Position numbers and translations under genes: made by a program
DNA from: a virus
Virus record (IMG/VR): IMGVR_UViG_3300046697_000300
Location: 1-64,000 of that record
Length of the DNA: 64,000 nucleotides
Strand: one strand, 5' to 3'
Part shown: positions 1 through 8,643 of the stretch, one piece after another
How the letters are laid out: every line of letters begins with the position of its first letter
How positions within the stretch are numbered: the stretch's first letter is position 1
The notes under the pieces: model-generated
The model's database searches: none
Told to the model about the DNA's origin: nothing
What the model saw: the letters and a program-made list of their open reading frames with translations, nothing else

Positions 1-356
1 TCGCGCTGCGGGATGGCGTCGCCCGGGCCTCCGCCCTGGTACCAGGTCGCGCCGACGTTTTTGCCGTAGATGTGCGGCTCGCGCACGGTCAGAACGTGGC
101 CGATGCGGTCGCGGCCGTCGTAGGGTAGCGTGACCCGCATGCCGTGCTCTCCGGGCGGCAGCCGGTCGTCTTCCGGGCTCCAGACGCAGTAGCGCATCAG
201 TTCGCCCTGCAGCCTGAGCGGCGGCGGGTTAAAGTTGACGACGGTGAACGGCTCGCACTGCCCGCTCTCGATAAGCTCTTCTCTCTTCGCTCTGGCGGCG
301 TCCGCAAACGCTGACTGCGCGGCTCCGACAGCTTCCTGCCCTGGCGTGATGGCCAT
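1..356 (-). CDS. hypothetical phage protein, 5' part only (gene continues past the left edge)
   Basis: ATG at 354-356 (minus) shortly after AAGGAGAA. Frame stays open to position 1 (MAITPGQEAVGAAQSAFADAARAKREELIESGQCEPF...). Not in the ORF track because it has no stop inside the window. Confidence 0.55.
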   Translation of the reverse strand, partial: MAITPGQEAVGAAQSAFADAARAKREELIESGQCEPFTVVNFNPPPLRLQGELMRYCVWSPEDDRLPPGEHGMRVTLPYDGRDRIGHVLTVREPHIYGKNVGATWYQGGGPGDAIPQR

Positions 357-362
357 AACCTT

Positions 363-381
363 GTTTCTCCTTGCCCTGCTC
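363..381 (-). promoter_or_regulatory. conserved leader block GAGCAGGGCAAGGAGAAAC (copy 1 of 3), includes the SD
   Basis: Minus-strand cacGAGCAGGGCAAGGAGAAACaaggttATG. Near-identical blocks at 9441-9460 and 44437-44454. Confidence 0.4.
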
Positions 382-423
382 GTGTTGGCCGCCGCGGCGG
401 CCGTTGATGTTTCCCTCGGCCGC

Positions 424-1104
424 TCAACCGGCGGCGAGGTGCCCTTCCATGCCCAGCGAATCCATCAGCTCGTCGCGCACCCGCTGCGCCGTGGTGCCCA
501 CGGTCGCGAGCATCGGCTCAACCTCGTGCCGGTGGATATGATTGACTTCCTCGATAAAGGCCTCGCGCCGCATTGCCTCCGCCGACCTCTCAATGTGCAG
601 GCAGTTCGCCAGATAGGTCGCGGGGTCGACCGGGGCGTTCGCCATCCGGCGCAGCTCGAGCTGAATCTTGTCCTTCCAAAAGCCCGCCGACGGCATCTCG
701 GCGTAGAACTCGTCGCCCACCATGAAGTAGTCACCATGCCTCGGCCACTCCCCTTTGAGCCGCGTCACGCCGTCCTCTGCGACCTCAGACTCCCAGGTAA
801 TCTGGGAACCCCAGGCTGAGGCCGGAAACCAGCGCTCAAGGATCGCGCCGCGGTTCTGATAGCGCGGAATCCACAACTCGCCAGATTCAAAGAACTGCGG
901 CTCGAGCGCTTCCACCTCCGCGAGGTCGATGTCGGCGCCCACGCGCGGCATGTGCCGCATCGAGCCGAACGTCTGTTCGAGCACATTCTGGGCCCACACC
1001 ACGCGCCAGGAGGGTCGCCCGAAGGGATTGAGGCCGCCGTAGCGGGTGATCTCCCGGCGTATCTCGCCTGGCACGTTCCGGTTGGCGTGTGCGTGCGGAT
1101 CCAC
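424..1104 (-). CDS. hypothetical phage protein
   Basis: Track ORF 424..1173. Start reset to GTG 1104, which follows AAGGAGAG by 8 nt. The ORF's extra 5' codons cover two hairpins, including the terminator. Confidence 0.6.
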   Translation of the reverse strand: MDPHAHANRNVPGEIRREITRYGGLNPFGRPSWRVVWAQNVLEQTFGSMRHMPRVGADIDLAEVEALEPQFFESGELWIPRYQNRGAILERWFPASAWGSQITWESEVAEDGVTRLKGEWPRHGDYFMVGDEFYAEMPSAGFWKDKIQLELRRMANAPVDPATYLANCLHIERSAEAMRREAFIEEVNHIHRHEVEPMLATVGTTAQRVRDELMDSLGMEGHLAAG

Positions 1105-1159
1105 TAGGCGATCTCTCCTTTTCAGTGCGAGGCGGCCGAAGCCGCCCCGCCTGGTTTGT

Positions 1160-1188
1160 AAAAGCGGACACAATTTATTCCGCTTTTT
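1160..1188 (-). terminator. intrinsic hairpin terminator after the capsid gene pair
   Basis: Perfect 9-bp stem AAAAGCGGA (1160-1168) / TCCGCTTTT (1179-1187) with a 10-nt loop. A-run on one side and T-run on the other, so it is symmetric. Lies right after the stop of 1198..1476. Confidence 0.6.
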
Positions 1189-1197
1189 ATTTGGGAC

Positions 1198-1476
1198 TTA
1201 TATACATAACTCCCTCGGGTGAACGGTGCCCCATGCCAGTCCCTTGATCTCGACTACATAGGTCGATTTCAGCGTCTCCAGTGTCCTTTCGTCGGGCCAC
1301 GACACGTCAACATAGGGGATATACGGCTCTCGGCCACCTTCGCCAATCGAACCTTGACAGCTTGCGTGAGTTCTCACGCCTTCGATGGTGTTCAGGTGTT
1401 CGACAATGGCCGCGATGCCAAGATCGGCATCCACCCAAACCTGAACAGGACGTGTTTCGTGATTTACGGAACCCAT
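1198..1476 (-). CDS. hypothetical small phage protein (92 aa)
   Basis: Internal ATG 1476 of track ORF 1198..1812, preceded by GGAGGG. The upstream part of that ORF overlaps the capsid gene out of frame. Confidence 0.6.
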   Translation of the reverse strand: MGSVNHETRPVQVWVDADLGIAAIVEHLNTIEGVRTHASCQGSIGEGGREPYIPYVDVSWPDERTLETLKSTYVVEIKGLAWGTVHPRELCI

Positions 1477-1520
1477 TTTCCCTCCAAGGGAGTCAAGTAT
1501 GTAATTCCCTTTTATTTCAG

Positions 1521-2834
1521 CTAGACCGCGTCCTGGAACGCGGGGTTGATGGCCAGCGTGTGGATCACACCGTTCCACCAGGGAATCTTTCCGTAGTAGT
1601 TCGCGGAGTCCTGGTAGATGATGTCGTACTCGCTCAGCCAGTTGCCATTCTGGTCCATGCGCGGCCACCAGAGCGAACCCGAGCCCGCGAACGGGATGAA
1701 CCGCTGCGAACCGGGATAGCGGACCGAGCGCAGGCCCGACTTGCGGAGCGAGTAGAGCTTGTCGATCGCCGCCGTCGACTCGGTGATGACGTCGCGGCCG
1801 GAGATCTTCCACTTGCCCATGGTGTTGGGGCCGATGTCGTAGTTCGCCGGCTTGCCGTCCGCCAGGAAATACGTGCTTTTCGCGAACCCGAGGATCTCGG
1901 CCGAGCTCGCCTGCGACAGGTGGGTGTACCAGAAGGCGTCGTTTCCGGCGTCGTCCCAGTTTTCCGTGCCAATCGCCTGCTGCTGGCGGGCCTTGAAGAT
2001 CGAGACCGTGCCCAGGGTCAGGGTGCCGTTGGTCGCGTTGAGCGCCGGCGCCTGGACCCAGGAGATCGAGCGGTCCACGCCGTCGTAGTCTCCGGCGTTC
2101 GAGGGGTCGACGATGTACTGCAACCCCTGCACCCAGAGCGGCGCGCCTGTGGTCAGGCCGGTCGGGATGAAGTTGTATCCCGCGGCCAGGCCAGCCGGCA
2201 CGTTGTCCAGGGTGACGGTGTCGCCGGCGCCGATCGAGTTCGATTGCTTGTCGGTGACGACCACGGTGCCGACCACGTTGAGCGCGGGGTCGGTGACCTG
2301 GTACTTCTCATAGATGTCGATCAGGCGCGCACCGAAACTGATGTTTGCCATCGGCACCACGTTGAGCAGGCCGGCATAGCTCGCGTCCACGGTTCCCACC
2401 ACACCGTTGTTATAGGTCTGGAGGTAGGTGTCGCGGTCATGGCCCTGCTTCACTTTGGCGTCGGCGACCATGCGCGCGACGGGGTCGATCGCGGTCACCT
2501 GCGCGCCGCCCTTGGCGATGCGCTGCATCAACTCGGTCGCCGCAAACGCCGAGGTCATGGGCACGGGAGCGATGATGAACTCCGCGTAGCCGGGGCCGAA
2601 GCCCTTGGGGTAGATGCCGCCGTCCGGCTGGTAGCCTCCGGTGTGCCCGCCGATGTTGAACTGGATCGGGTGACGGAAGTCCTGCTCGCCGATTTCGCCG
2701 GCTTCTTTCGTAGCTGTCGAGAACATTTTCTCGAGAATCGAGTCCATGTTCTGGGTCAGCTCAATGTCGCGTTGCACAACCTGCAGGTCCAGGGGCGCCT
2801 GGGCGACTGCGGTTGCAAAATCCTGAATTGCCAT
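1521..2834 (-). CDS. putative major capsid protein
   Basis: 437-aa ORF with AAGGA before ATG 2834. It follows the scaffold-like gene and portal candidate and precedes the strongest terminator in the window. Function is from synteny and size only. Confidence 0.55.
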   Translation of the reverse strand: MAIQDFATAVAQAPLDLQVVQRDIELTQNMDSILEKMFSTATKEAGEIGEQDFRHPIQFNIGGHTGGYQPDGGIYPKGFGPGYAEFIIAPVPMTSAFAATELMQRIAKGGAQVTAIDPVARMVADAKVKQGHDRDTYLQTYNNGVVGTVDASYAGLLNVVPMANISFGARLIDIYEKYQVTDPALNVVGTVVVTDKQSNSIGAGDTVTLDNVPAGLAAGYNFIPTGLTTGAPLWVQGLQYIVDPSNAGDYDGVDRSISWVQAPALNATNGTLTLGTVSIFKARQQQAIGTENWDDAGNDAFWYTHLSQASSAEILGFAKSTYFLADGKPANYDIGPNTMGKWKISGRDVITESTAAIDKLYSLRKSGLRSVRYPGSQRFIPFAGSGSLWWPRMDQNGNWLSEYDIIYQDSANYYGKIPWWNGVIHTLAINPAFQDAV

Positions 2835-2899
2835 GGTCTGGCATCCTTGCTGCCGTCAAAACCGGGCAGGCTCGGGCTCACTCGCGTTGGTTGTGCACA

Positions 2900-2919
2900 C
2901 GGCCGCATCATTGCGGCCG
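2900..2919 (-). other. perfect 8-bp stem-loop in the scaffold-capsid spacer
   Basis: CGGCCGCA (2900-2907) / TGCGGCCG (2912-2919), 4-nt loop, no U-tract. Confidence 0.5.
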
Positions 2920-2936
2920 GTGGTTCGGTTCTGGCG

Positions 2937-2960
2937 TTGCCCTGCGAATTGCCCTGCGAA
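2937..2960 (-). repeat. 12-nt perfect tandem duplication (TTGCCCTGCGAA x2 on plus; TTCGCAGGGCAA x2 on minus)
   Basis: Read directly: 2937-2948 and 2949-2960 are identical. Shares the GCAGGGCAA core with the leader blocks. Confidence 0.8.
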
Positions 2961-3043
2961 GTGGAACAGAGTCGAGCCCATGGTGGTCTGACGCCCCCGG
3001 TAGGCGGTTACACGGTGACCGAACTCTTGCCTGCTCCCGATGC

Positions 3044-4780
3044 TTACTTTCGGCCCGAACGCAGCCGGTGATACTGGGTGATGATCCGGGCCTGTTTGTC
3101 GCCCGGGCTTGCCCCTGGGAAACCAGGGTCGGCCTTGGCCAGTTCTTCGGCCTTGGTCATCAGTTGCGCTTCGGTCGCGCCCTGCGGCAGCGCCGAGCTT
3201 GCGCTCGTCGGCTCCGGCTGGACTGCGGCGGTCCGCGCGCCCAATCTTTGCGCCTGTTTGTCAGCGTCGAGTTTCACCAGATTCTGGATCCGCTCGATCT
3301 CTTTGGTCACCAGGCCGGGGATCAGGTCCGCGGCCTTGCGCTGGTACCAGTCGGCGCGCATCTTGCGGGTTTGATCGTTCTGCGGCAGCAGTTCGTGCTG
3401 CGCAATCTCGAGCAGCGTCCTTGAGCCAGGCTGCATCAGCGCGTTCTCGAAGGCCGTGAAGATTCTGACCACGATGTCTGCGGTCTTGGTTTCCTGGCCG
3501 TCGGCGCCCACGTATTTCTGCTGCAGGTAGAACTCGGGGATGTAGGTGCCCCCGTCGATCGCCTCTTTCAGGCGCTCGCCGATCACCTTGCCGGCCGAGC
3601 TTCCCATGTCGCTGCGCACGGCAGACTGGAACGTCGCGTTCTCGGCCGCCCTGGTTTCCTTGGTTGCTCCGGCCTTCTTGCCGGCCAACTCCTCGCGTTC
3701 CCTCGTCAACCGCGCCGCTTCCTCGGTGGCCCACTGTTTGAACTCGGGCGTCGCGTCGGCCGGAATCTCCGGCGCTTCGTCGGCGAAGTATTCGCCGCTC
3801 ATGATCAGGGGCGCGATCTCGGCCCACATCTGGGCGTATTCGAGCCGGTCGAGCCGGCGCTGATCCATCGAGCGCGCTTGCTCGTTCGGATAGACGCCGG
3901 TGTCCACCTTGGCCTTGAGTGCCGCGATCTTTGCCGTCATGTCGGCGTGGATGCTCGTCACTTCGCGGCCCACCACGGCGTCGATGAACGGCTTGCGGTC
4001 CGCCGCATAGGTTGGTTTGCCATCGGCTCCCATCACCGGCCTGCCGTCGGCCCCTACCACGGCGAACTGCGAGTCGAGCATCTCGAGCACCTGCGGCGCC
4101 GTCTCCGGAGCAACCGACAGGCGCATCGAGGCGGCCTTCAATCCCACCATGGCCGCCGAGTTTTCCTGCATGAACTCGGCGTCGGCTTTGGTTGGTACCA
4201 GGGCCAGCACCTCTTCGGCGCCGGCGAGTTTGCGGGCCATCGAGAAGACCTGACCCTTGAACTCCGGGTCGGCGTCGAGGAAGGCCTGCCGCTCGGGCTT
4301 CGCTGTGAGTAGGTCCGCCAGTTGCTTCGGGGTTGGCGGCGCTGCTTCCGGCGCTGCCGGTGCGGCTGCCTCGCCCGGTTTGGCTGGCTCGCCGGGCTTG
4401 GCGCCATCGGCCGGCTGCGCGCCGAGCTGGTCGGCTACGGCCTGGGCTGGCGGCTTCGCTGGTTCGGCTGCCGGTGCCGCGCCTGGCGCGGGCTGCGCGG
4501 CTTCCCACTCTCTGAGTTTGCGCAAGAACTCGACCTGCCCATCGCGGTTGCCTGGGAAGTCGGTGTTTTTCGGCTTCTCGCCGGCTGCCGCTGCCGCGGG
4601 TGCTGCCGGTGCGGCTGCTGGAGCAGCGGGCGCCGCGCCTGGGGCTGCGGGGGCTGCTGGGGGCGCTGCTGGTGCTGCGGGGGCCTGACTAGACGGCGCA
4701 GAGGATGGAGCGGCCGCGGGGGCCGCTGGGGCTGCTGCCGGTGCTGCTGCTGGCGCTGCTGGTACGACTGGACTTGCCAT
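3044..4780 (-). CDS. putative scaffolding protein with ~160-aa Ala/Pro-rich N-terminus
   Basis: 578-aa ORF with GAGGAA before ATG 4780. Low-complexity (AAPAAP)n N-terminus, then a charged helical-looking body. Sits immediately upstream of the capsid candidate. Function by position only. Confidence 0.5.
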   Translation of the reverse strand: MASPVVPAAPAAAPAAAPAAPAAAPSSAPSSQAPAAPAAPPAAPAAPGAAPAAPAAAPAAPAAAAAGEKPKNTDFPGNRDGQVEFLRKLREWEAAQPAPGAAPAAEPAKPPAQAVADQLGAQPADGAKPGEPAKPGEAAAPAAPEAAPPTPKQLADLLTAKPERQAFLDADPEFKGQVFSMARKLAGAEEVLALVPTKADAEFMQENSAAMVGLKAASMRLSVAPETAPQVLEMLDSQFAVVGADGRPVMGADGKPTYAADRKPFIDAVVGREVTSIHADMTAKIAALKAKVDTGVYPNEQARSMDQRRLDRLEYAQMWAEIAPLIMSGEYFADEAPEIPADATPEFKQWATEEAARLTREREELAGKKAGATKETRAAENATFQSAVRSDMGSSAGKVIGERLKEAIDGGTYIPEFYLQQKYVGADGQETKTADIVVRIFTAFENALMQPGSRTLLEIAQHELLPQNDQTRKMRADWYQRKAADLIPGLVTKEIERIQNLVKLDADKQAQRLGARTAAVQPEPTSASSALPQGATEAQLMTKAEELAKADPGFPGASPGDKQARIITQYHRLRSGRK

Positions 4781-4833
4781 CTTTTCCTCGTTTCGAGTGG
4801 GCCGCCGCGGCGGCCGTTGGTCCTGCTGGTTGC

Positions 4834-4863
4834 CCCGGCCCCGCTTTTGAAGGCGGGGCCGGG
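4834..4863 (-). other. perfect 11-bp GC-rich stem-loop between 4875..5699 and the scaffold-like gene
   Basis: CCCGGCCCCGC (4834-4844) / GCGGGGCCGGG (4853-4863), 8-nt loop. No U-tract on the coding (minus) strand. Confidence 0.5.
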
Positions 4864-4874
4864 TGCCTGTCCGT

Positions 4875-5699
4875 TTATTGCTGCTCTTCTACCGGCTTGC
4901 CGCCTGCCTCTGGATCCCCGGCGTCGTCGACGGCGTCGAGGAAACTCTCGGCAACCGCTTCGGGCTCGGGTTCGGGCTCATTTTCCGGCTGCGCTTCCAT
5001 GGTCTCGGCGACCGCCTCCGGCTCGAGGTGGGTCTGGCCCTCGTCGACGAAGGTCTGAGGTTCGGCGACGACGACGCCTGACTCGGGCTGCGCCTGGGGC
5101 TCCTCACCCGGTTGCGCACCGCCGGCCGTTGCATCGGCGGCGGCCTTGTCGGCCGCGTCGGCGTCGAGATCTTCGGCCGATGGGAGTTGCTGCTTCACGA
5201 TGCCGGAGCTGAGGGCTTCGGCGAGGGCGCCCGGTGTGCGCAGCGCGCGTGCCATCGCGCTCGCCTGAATGGCTTCGACGATTCTGTTCGAGGCCACCTT
5301 GTGCATCTCGACATCGGGATCGGCGATCAGCGCGAGCAAGGCCTCAACCTTGTCGAAGGGCTGCCAGCCGCTGGCCCTGGGGTTCGCGTTCATCTGCGCC
5401 TCGAGGTCCTTGGCGGCCTCGTCGCGTTCCGGGCCCGGCGGGAACTGGGCTGCGGCGGTCTGGCGCGCGTACTCGCCGGCAACGCCCAGGCGAATCGCGG
5501 CTGCGATCAGCATCGGGGCTCCGGTCACGGTTGACGGCACGCCGGCCTCGTCCAGGTAGATCAAGCTGAGGTGATGGCTGACCATCCTATACCAGCCGAG
5601 CCTCCCGATTGCGGGACTGCCGAGCGCAACGGCGCGATACCCAACGCCACCGACCACGTACAACACGGGGTCGCCCTTCTTGATTGCTGCAAAGTCCAT
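4875..5699 (-). CDS. hypothetical phage protein with strongly acidic C-terminal tail
   Basis: 274-aa ORF with GGAGGAatgtcATG at 5699. Lies between the portal candidate and the scaffold-like gene. Confidence 0.65.
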   Translation of the reverse strand: MDFAAIKKGDPVLYVVGGVGYRAVALGSPAIGRLGWYRMVSHHLSLIYLDEAGVPSTVTGAPMLIAAAIRLGVAGEYARQTAAAQFPPGPERDEAAKDLEAQMNANPRASGWQPFDKVEALLALIADPDVEMHKVASNRIVEAIQASAMARALRTPGALAEALSSGIVKQQLPSAEDLDADAADKAAADATAGGAQPGEEPQAQPESGVVVAEPQTFVDEGQTHLEPEAVAETMEAQPENEPEPEPEAVAESFLDAVDDAGDPEAGGKPVEEQQ

Positions 5700-5713
5700 G
5701 ACATTCCTCCGTT

Positions 5714-8275
5714 TTATTTTGCTCCGCCGGCGACCTTGAGAGTGTCGAGGGCGGTCTTGACGACATTGTTTGAAGCAGTGACCTGCGGGCCGATGGCCCC
5801 GCTCTTGCCCTGGGGCGGCAGCTCGGCGAGCTCGACCTCGCGGTCAACCATGGCCAGAGCCTTGCCCAGCAGTTCCTTGAGGGCCGCCTGGGCGCCCTGC
5901 TGTGTTGGATCGGGCGGAGGTGGCGGCGGCTGGCCGGCAGCGCGCACCTTGAGTTCGAGGTTGGCTTTGCGCACGCCCTGCGTGGTCTGCATGTCCTGGC
6001 ACATGCCGAAGTAGCGCTCGACCTGCGACCATCCGATGGGATTTTTGACGCGCAGGTCGGCGTTTTCGATCATGAACTCCTGAATGGTCGGAATCACGAT
6101 CGAGTAATCCCAGAGCACGGAGGGTTCGACGGGCAGCTTCACGCCGATCGAGCCGTCCGGCATCTCTATCGGCATGCCCGGCTGCTCGAGCAGCACGTTC
6201 ACATCCTGGAGGGTTTGGGCGCGCTGCGCCTTGACCGGCGAGACCACGTTCGGGTAGAGACGGCTGGCGATGGTGTCCTGGTTCGCCGGCACGTCGAGGA
6301 TGCGCTGCGCTGCCGGGTTGCCCTTGGTCAGCCCATCCATCAGGTGCTCGAAACTCTCGCGCTCCTGCTCGGCGGTCAGCGGCATATCCTGGTCCTCGTC
6401 GGGGTAGACTTTAACGCGGCCGCGCATCTTCTCGAGGTTGACGTAATTGTTGCGGAACTGCGAGCCCTGGTCTTCGACGACTTCCCATATCTCCTTCGCG
6501 GCGCCGCACTTGAGCAGCTTTTGCAGGCACTCGATTGCGTTCTCGGCGGCCTGTGCGTGCTCCTCCTTCACATTCTCCCAGTACGGGGCCATGCCCAGGT
6601 TCGCCTGGCCGAGCTGCATATTCTGGCCGCCATAGGTCTCAACGTCGGGGTTGGTGCCGGCGCCTGCCAGTTGCGGCGGCATGCCGTTCAGCAGTTGCGC
6701 AAACATCCAGAGCATCTGCGGGTAGAGCGCGAGGCCCGGGTTCACGGGGATGTCGAAGTGCATGAAGGCTTCTGACATCGGCCGTTTGTCGCCCGCGCCA
6801 AACTTCATCGGCACCGGCAGCACCGTCGCCGGGGCCAGCGTGTTGCCCTTCCACTTGTCGGTGTCGATCCTCGAGCCGTCCACCAGGTTGAGCCCGCAGG
6901 CCGCCCGCATCATGTAGTCGTCGTAGAGCTGCATCGCGGAGTTGAACCGCTCGTTGAAACTGACCACGTTTTCGGCGATCGAGATCGAGTACACGCCAAA
7001 CTTCTCGTGCAGCCGGCAGAGCGTCCACTCCTTGACCAGCGTGGCCTTCTTCACCGCGACGACTTTGGACCCGATCATCGAAATCTTGATCCCGTCAGGC
7101 GCTGCCGCCGTCATGCGGTCGGCGTAGTCCTTGTCGCCTTTGCGCCGGTAGGCCATGGGCTGCACCCAGACCTGCGAGAACGTCGGCCGCTGCTGGTCGG
7201 TGTCCGAGGTGTAGGCCGTGCCCATCGAGTAGCTCTCGTTGCGGCGCAGCCGGTCGTAGTCGGCGATCGACGAGGTGGAGGCGACCGCGCCCTCCTTGAT
7301 GTCTTCCCACGCCGCCGGGAACATCATGCGCGCCTCGCCCACGTCGATCTCCATATCGAACGCGAGCAGCGGCACGCCGGCCAAATCCTTGGCCTGGGGG
7401 TCGGTGTCGATCTCAAGGCCTGAGTGGATTGACTGCTTTACCATGGCCCGCGGAATTTTCTGGACTCCGGTCACGGTGAGCACGTTTCTGGGCGGCCCGG
7501 CTTCCATATAGTCCTGGGGTCCCATCCTGGCCGAGCACCCGGGGCAGCTAAAGTTCGTGTCGTCGCCGGCGCCGAGCTGGTCGAGCGGCGTTTCCTTGCC
7601 GCATTTTGGGCAGTGCATGCGCTCGGGCACGTCGATCGTCATCTCGCCCAGCACTGGCTGCGTGTCGTAGCCAGACCAGGCGCCGTCGAGCACGCCGCGG
7701 GTGTACTTGAAGTAGGAGCCGTACAGGTAGAGGAACTCAAACTCGCCGCGGGTCATCTGCCGGATCCCGTTGCGCCGTTCAATGATGCCGATGGCATCCT
7801 GGGCGGCCTCGGCGGTGGTCAGGTCGGCGAGCACGCGCGCGTCCTGCGGCCGCACGATGGTCATCGGCACCTCGCGGCTCATGTTGCCGATAAAGGTCTG
7901 GCCGAGCATCAGCGTGACCGGGTGGATAAACCGCTCGAGGCCTGTCGACTCGCCCTGGCGCACCTTGTCCGAGCCCTGGTACCAGGCCAGCGAATCGACC
8001 CAGTTGCCGGCCTGCTCGTTCCAGTCCAGCACCTGCACGCCGCGATACATCAGCACGTTCTTCATCCAGATCCGCATGCGCTCGAGCCGGTCCATCGACC
8101 ACTGGTTCCGGTACATGGTGATGATCGAGACGGTCTGGTTGATGTCCTCTTCGCTGAGGTCGAGCTCGATCCACTGGTTCTCGGCCGGGCGCTGCTCGGG
8201 GTTCTCTCCTGAGATTGCGGCAACCTTGGATCCAGTTGAGCCTGGAAGCGTAACCGGGATGATGCTTGCAGCCAT
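5714..8275 (-). CDS. putative portal protein (853 aa) with an embedded CxxC..CxxC zinc ribbon
   Basis: First large gene of a portal-X-scaffold-capsid order. TGATG coupling to the upstream gene. Function assigned from position and size, not from a recognised portal motif. Confidence 0.5.
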   Translation of the reverse strand: MAASIIPVTLPGSTGSKVAAISGENPEQRPAENQWIELDLSEEDINQTVSIITMYRNQWSMDRLERMRIWMKNVLMYRGVQVLDWNEQAGNWVDSLAWYQGSDKVRQGESTGLERFIHPVTLMLGQTFIGNMSREVPMTIVRPQDARVLADLTTAEAAQDAIGIIERRNGIRQMTRGEFEFLYLYGSYFKYTRGVLDGAWSGYDTQPVLGEMTIDVPERMHCPKCGKETPLDQLGAGDDTNFSCPGCSARMGPQDYMEAGPPRNVLTVTGVQKIPRAMVKQSIHSGLEIDTDPQAKDLAGVPLLAFDMEIDVGEARMMFPAAWEDIKEGAVASTSSIADYDRLRRNESYSMGTAYTSDTDQQRPTFSQVWVQPMAYRRKGDKDYADRMTAAAPDGIKISMIGSKVVAVKKATLVKEWTLCRLHEKFGVYSISIAENVVSFNERFNSAMQLYDDYMMRAACGLNLVDGSRIDTDKWKGNTLAPATVLPVPMKFGAGDKRPMSEAFMHFDIPVNPGLALYPQMLWMFAQLLNGMPPQLAGAGTNPDVETYGGQNMQLGQANLGMAPYWENVKEEHAQAAENAIECLQKLLKCGAAKEIWEVVEDQGSQFRNNYVNLEKMRGRVKVYPDEDQDMPLTAEQERESFEHLMDGLTKGNPAAQRILDVPANQDTIASRLYPNVVSPVKAQRAQTLQDVNVLLEQPGMPIEMPDGSIGVKLPVEPSVLWDYSIVIPTIQEFMIENADLRVKNPIGWSQVERYFGMCQDMQTTQGVRKANLELKVRAAGQPPPPPPDPTQQGAQAALKELLGKALAMVDREVELAELPPQGKSGAIGPQVTASNNVVKTALDTLKVAGGAK

Positions 8276-8643
8276 CAGTTCGGTCTCCTGCCGTTCAAAC
8301 TAAAGGTGCCGTTGGCGATCGCCGTGCGCGCGGCCTCGTGCACGTCGTCAAAGCTGATCTGCCGCTTCGGCGCCGGCGCCGAAGATTCCGGCGGCGCGGC
8401 CGCAGTCGCGACCGCCCGTTCATAGATCGGCGGCTGTCCGCTCAGTTGCGCGATGCGGTCGGTCAAGATCCGGCGTTCCTGCTCGGCCGTCTCGGCCCGC
8501 GCGTTTGCTGCCGCAATCAGCGCTGCGTCGCGAGCCTCGGCCATCTCGCGGGCGGCTTCGGCCTTGGCGGTTGCGCTCTCGGCAATCCTCACCCATGCCT
8601 CCGCGGCGTCCAGCCTCGCTCTCGAAACCAACGGCCATCTCAT
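8275..8643 (-). CDS. hypothetical coiled-coil phage protein (122 aa)
   Basis: Track ORF 8275..8703. Start reset to ATG 8643, which overlaps the stop of the 57-codon ORF upstream (ATGA). Confidence 0.55.
   Translation of the reverse strand: MRWPLVSRARLDAAEAWVRIAESATAKAEAAREMAEARDAALIAAANARAETAEQERRILTDRIAQLSGQPPIYERAVATAAAPPESSAPAPKRQISFDDVHEAARTAIANGTFSLNGRRPN

Noticed and set aside
1281-3071. 596-aa plus-strand ORF, the longest plus-strand ORF in the left part of the window
   Set aside because: It lies antisense to the capsid candidate and the small gene 1198..1476. It is Arg/Gly/Val/Asp-rich like a typical high-G+C shadow ORF and has no SD. The minus-strand genes have SD sequences, coupling and protein-like composition.
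3261-4508. 415-aa minus-strand ORF inside the scaffold-like gene
   Set aside because: It is an alternative frame of 3044..4780 and extremely Arg/Gly-rich. The frame of 3044..4780 has a good SD and a plausible helical protein sequence.
4560-4780. GCTGCNGG-type repetitive DNA as a possible contingency/tandem-repeat locus
   Set aside because: The repeats are imperfect and simply encode the Ala/Pro-rich low-complexity N-terminus of the scaffold-like protein. No exact unit or phase-variable tract is present.
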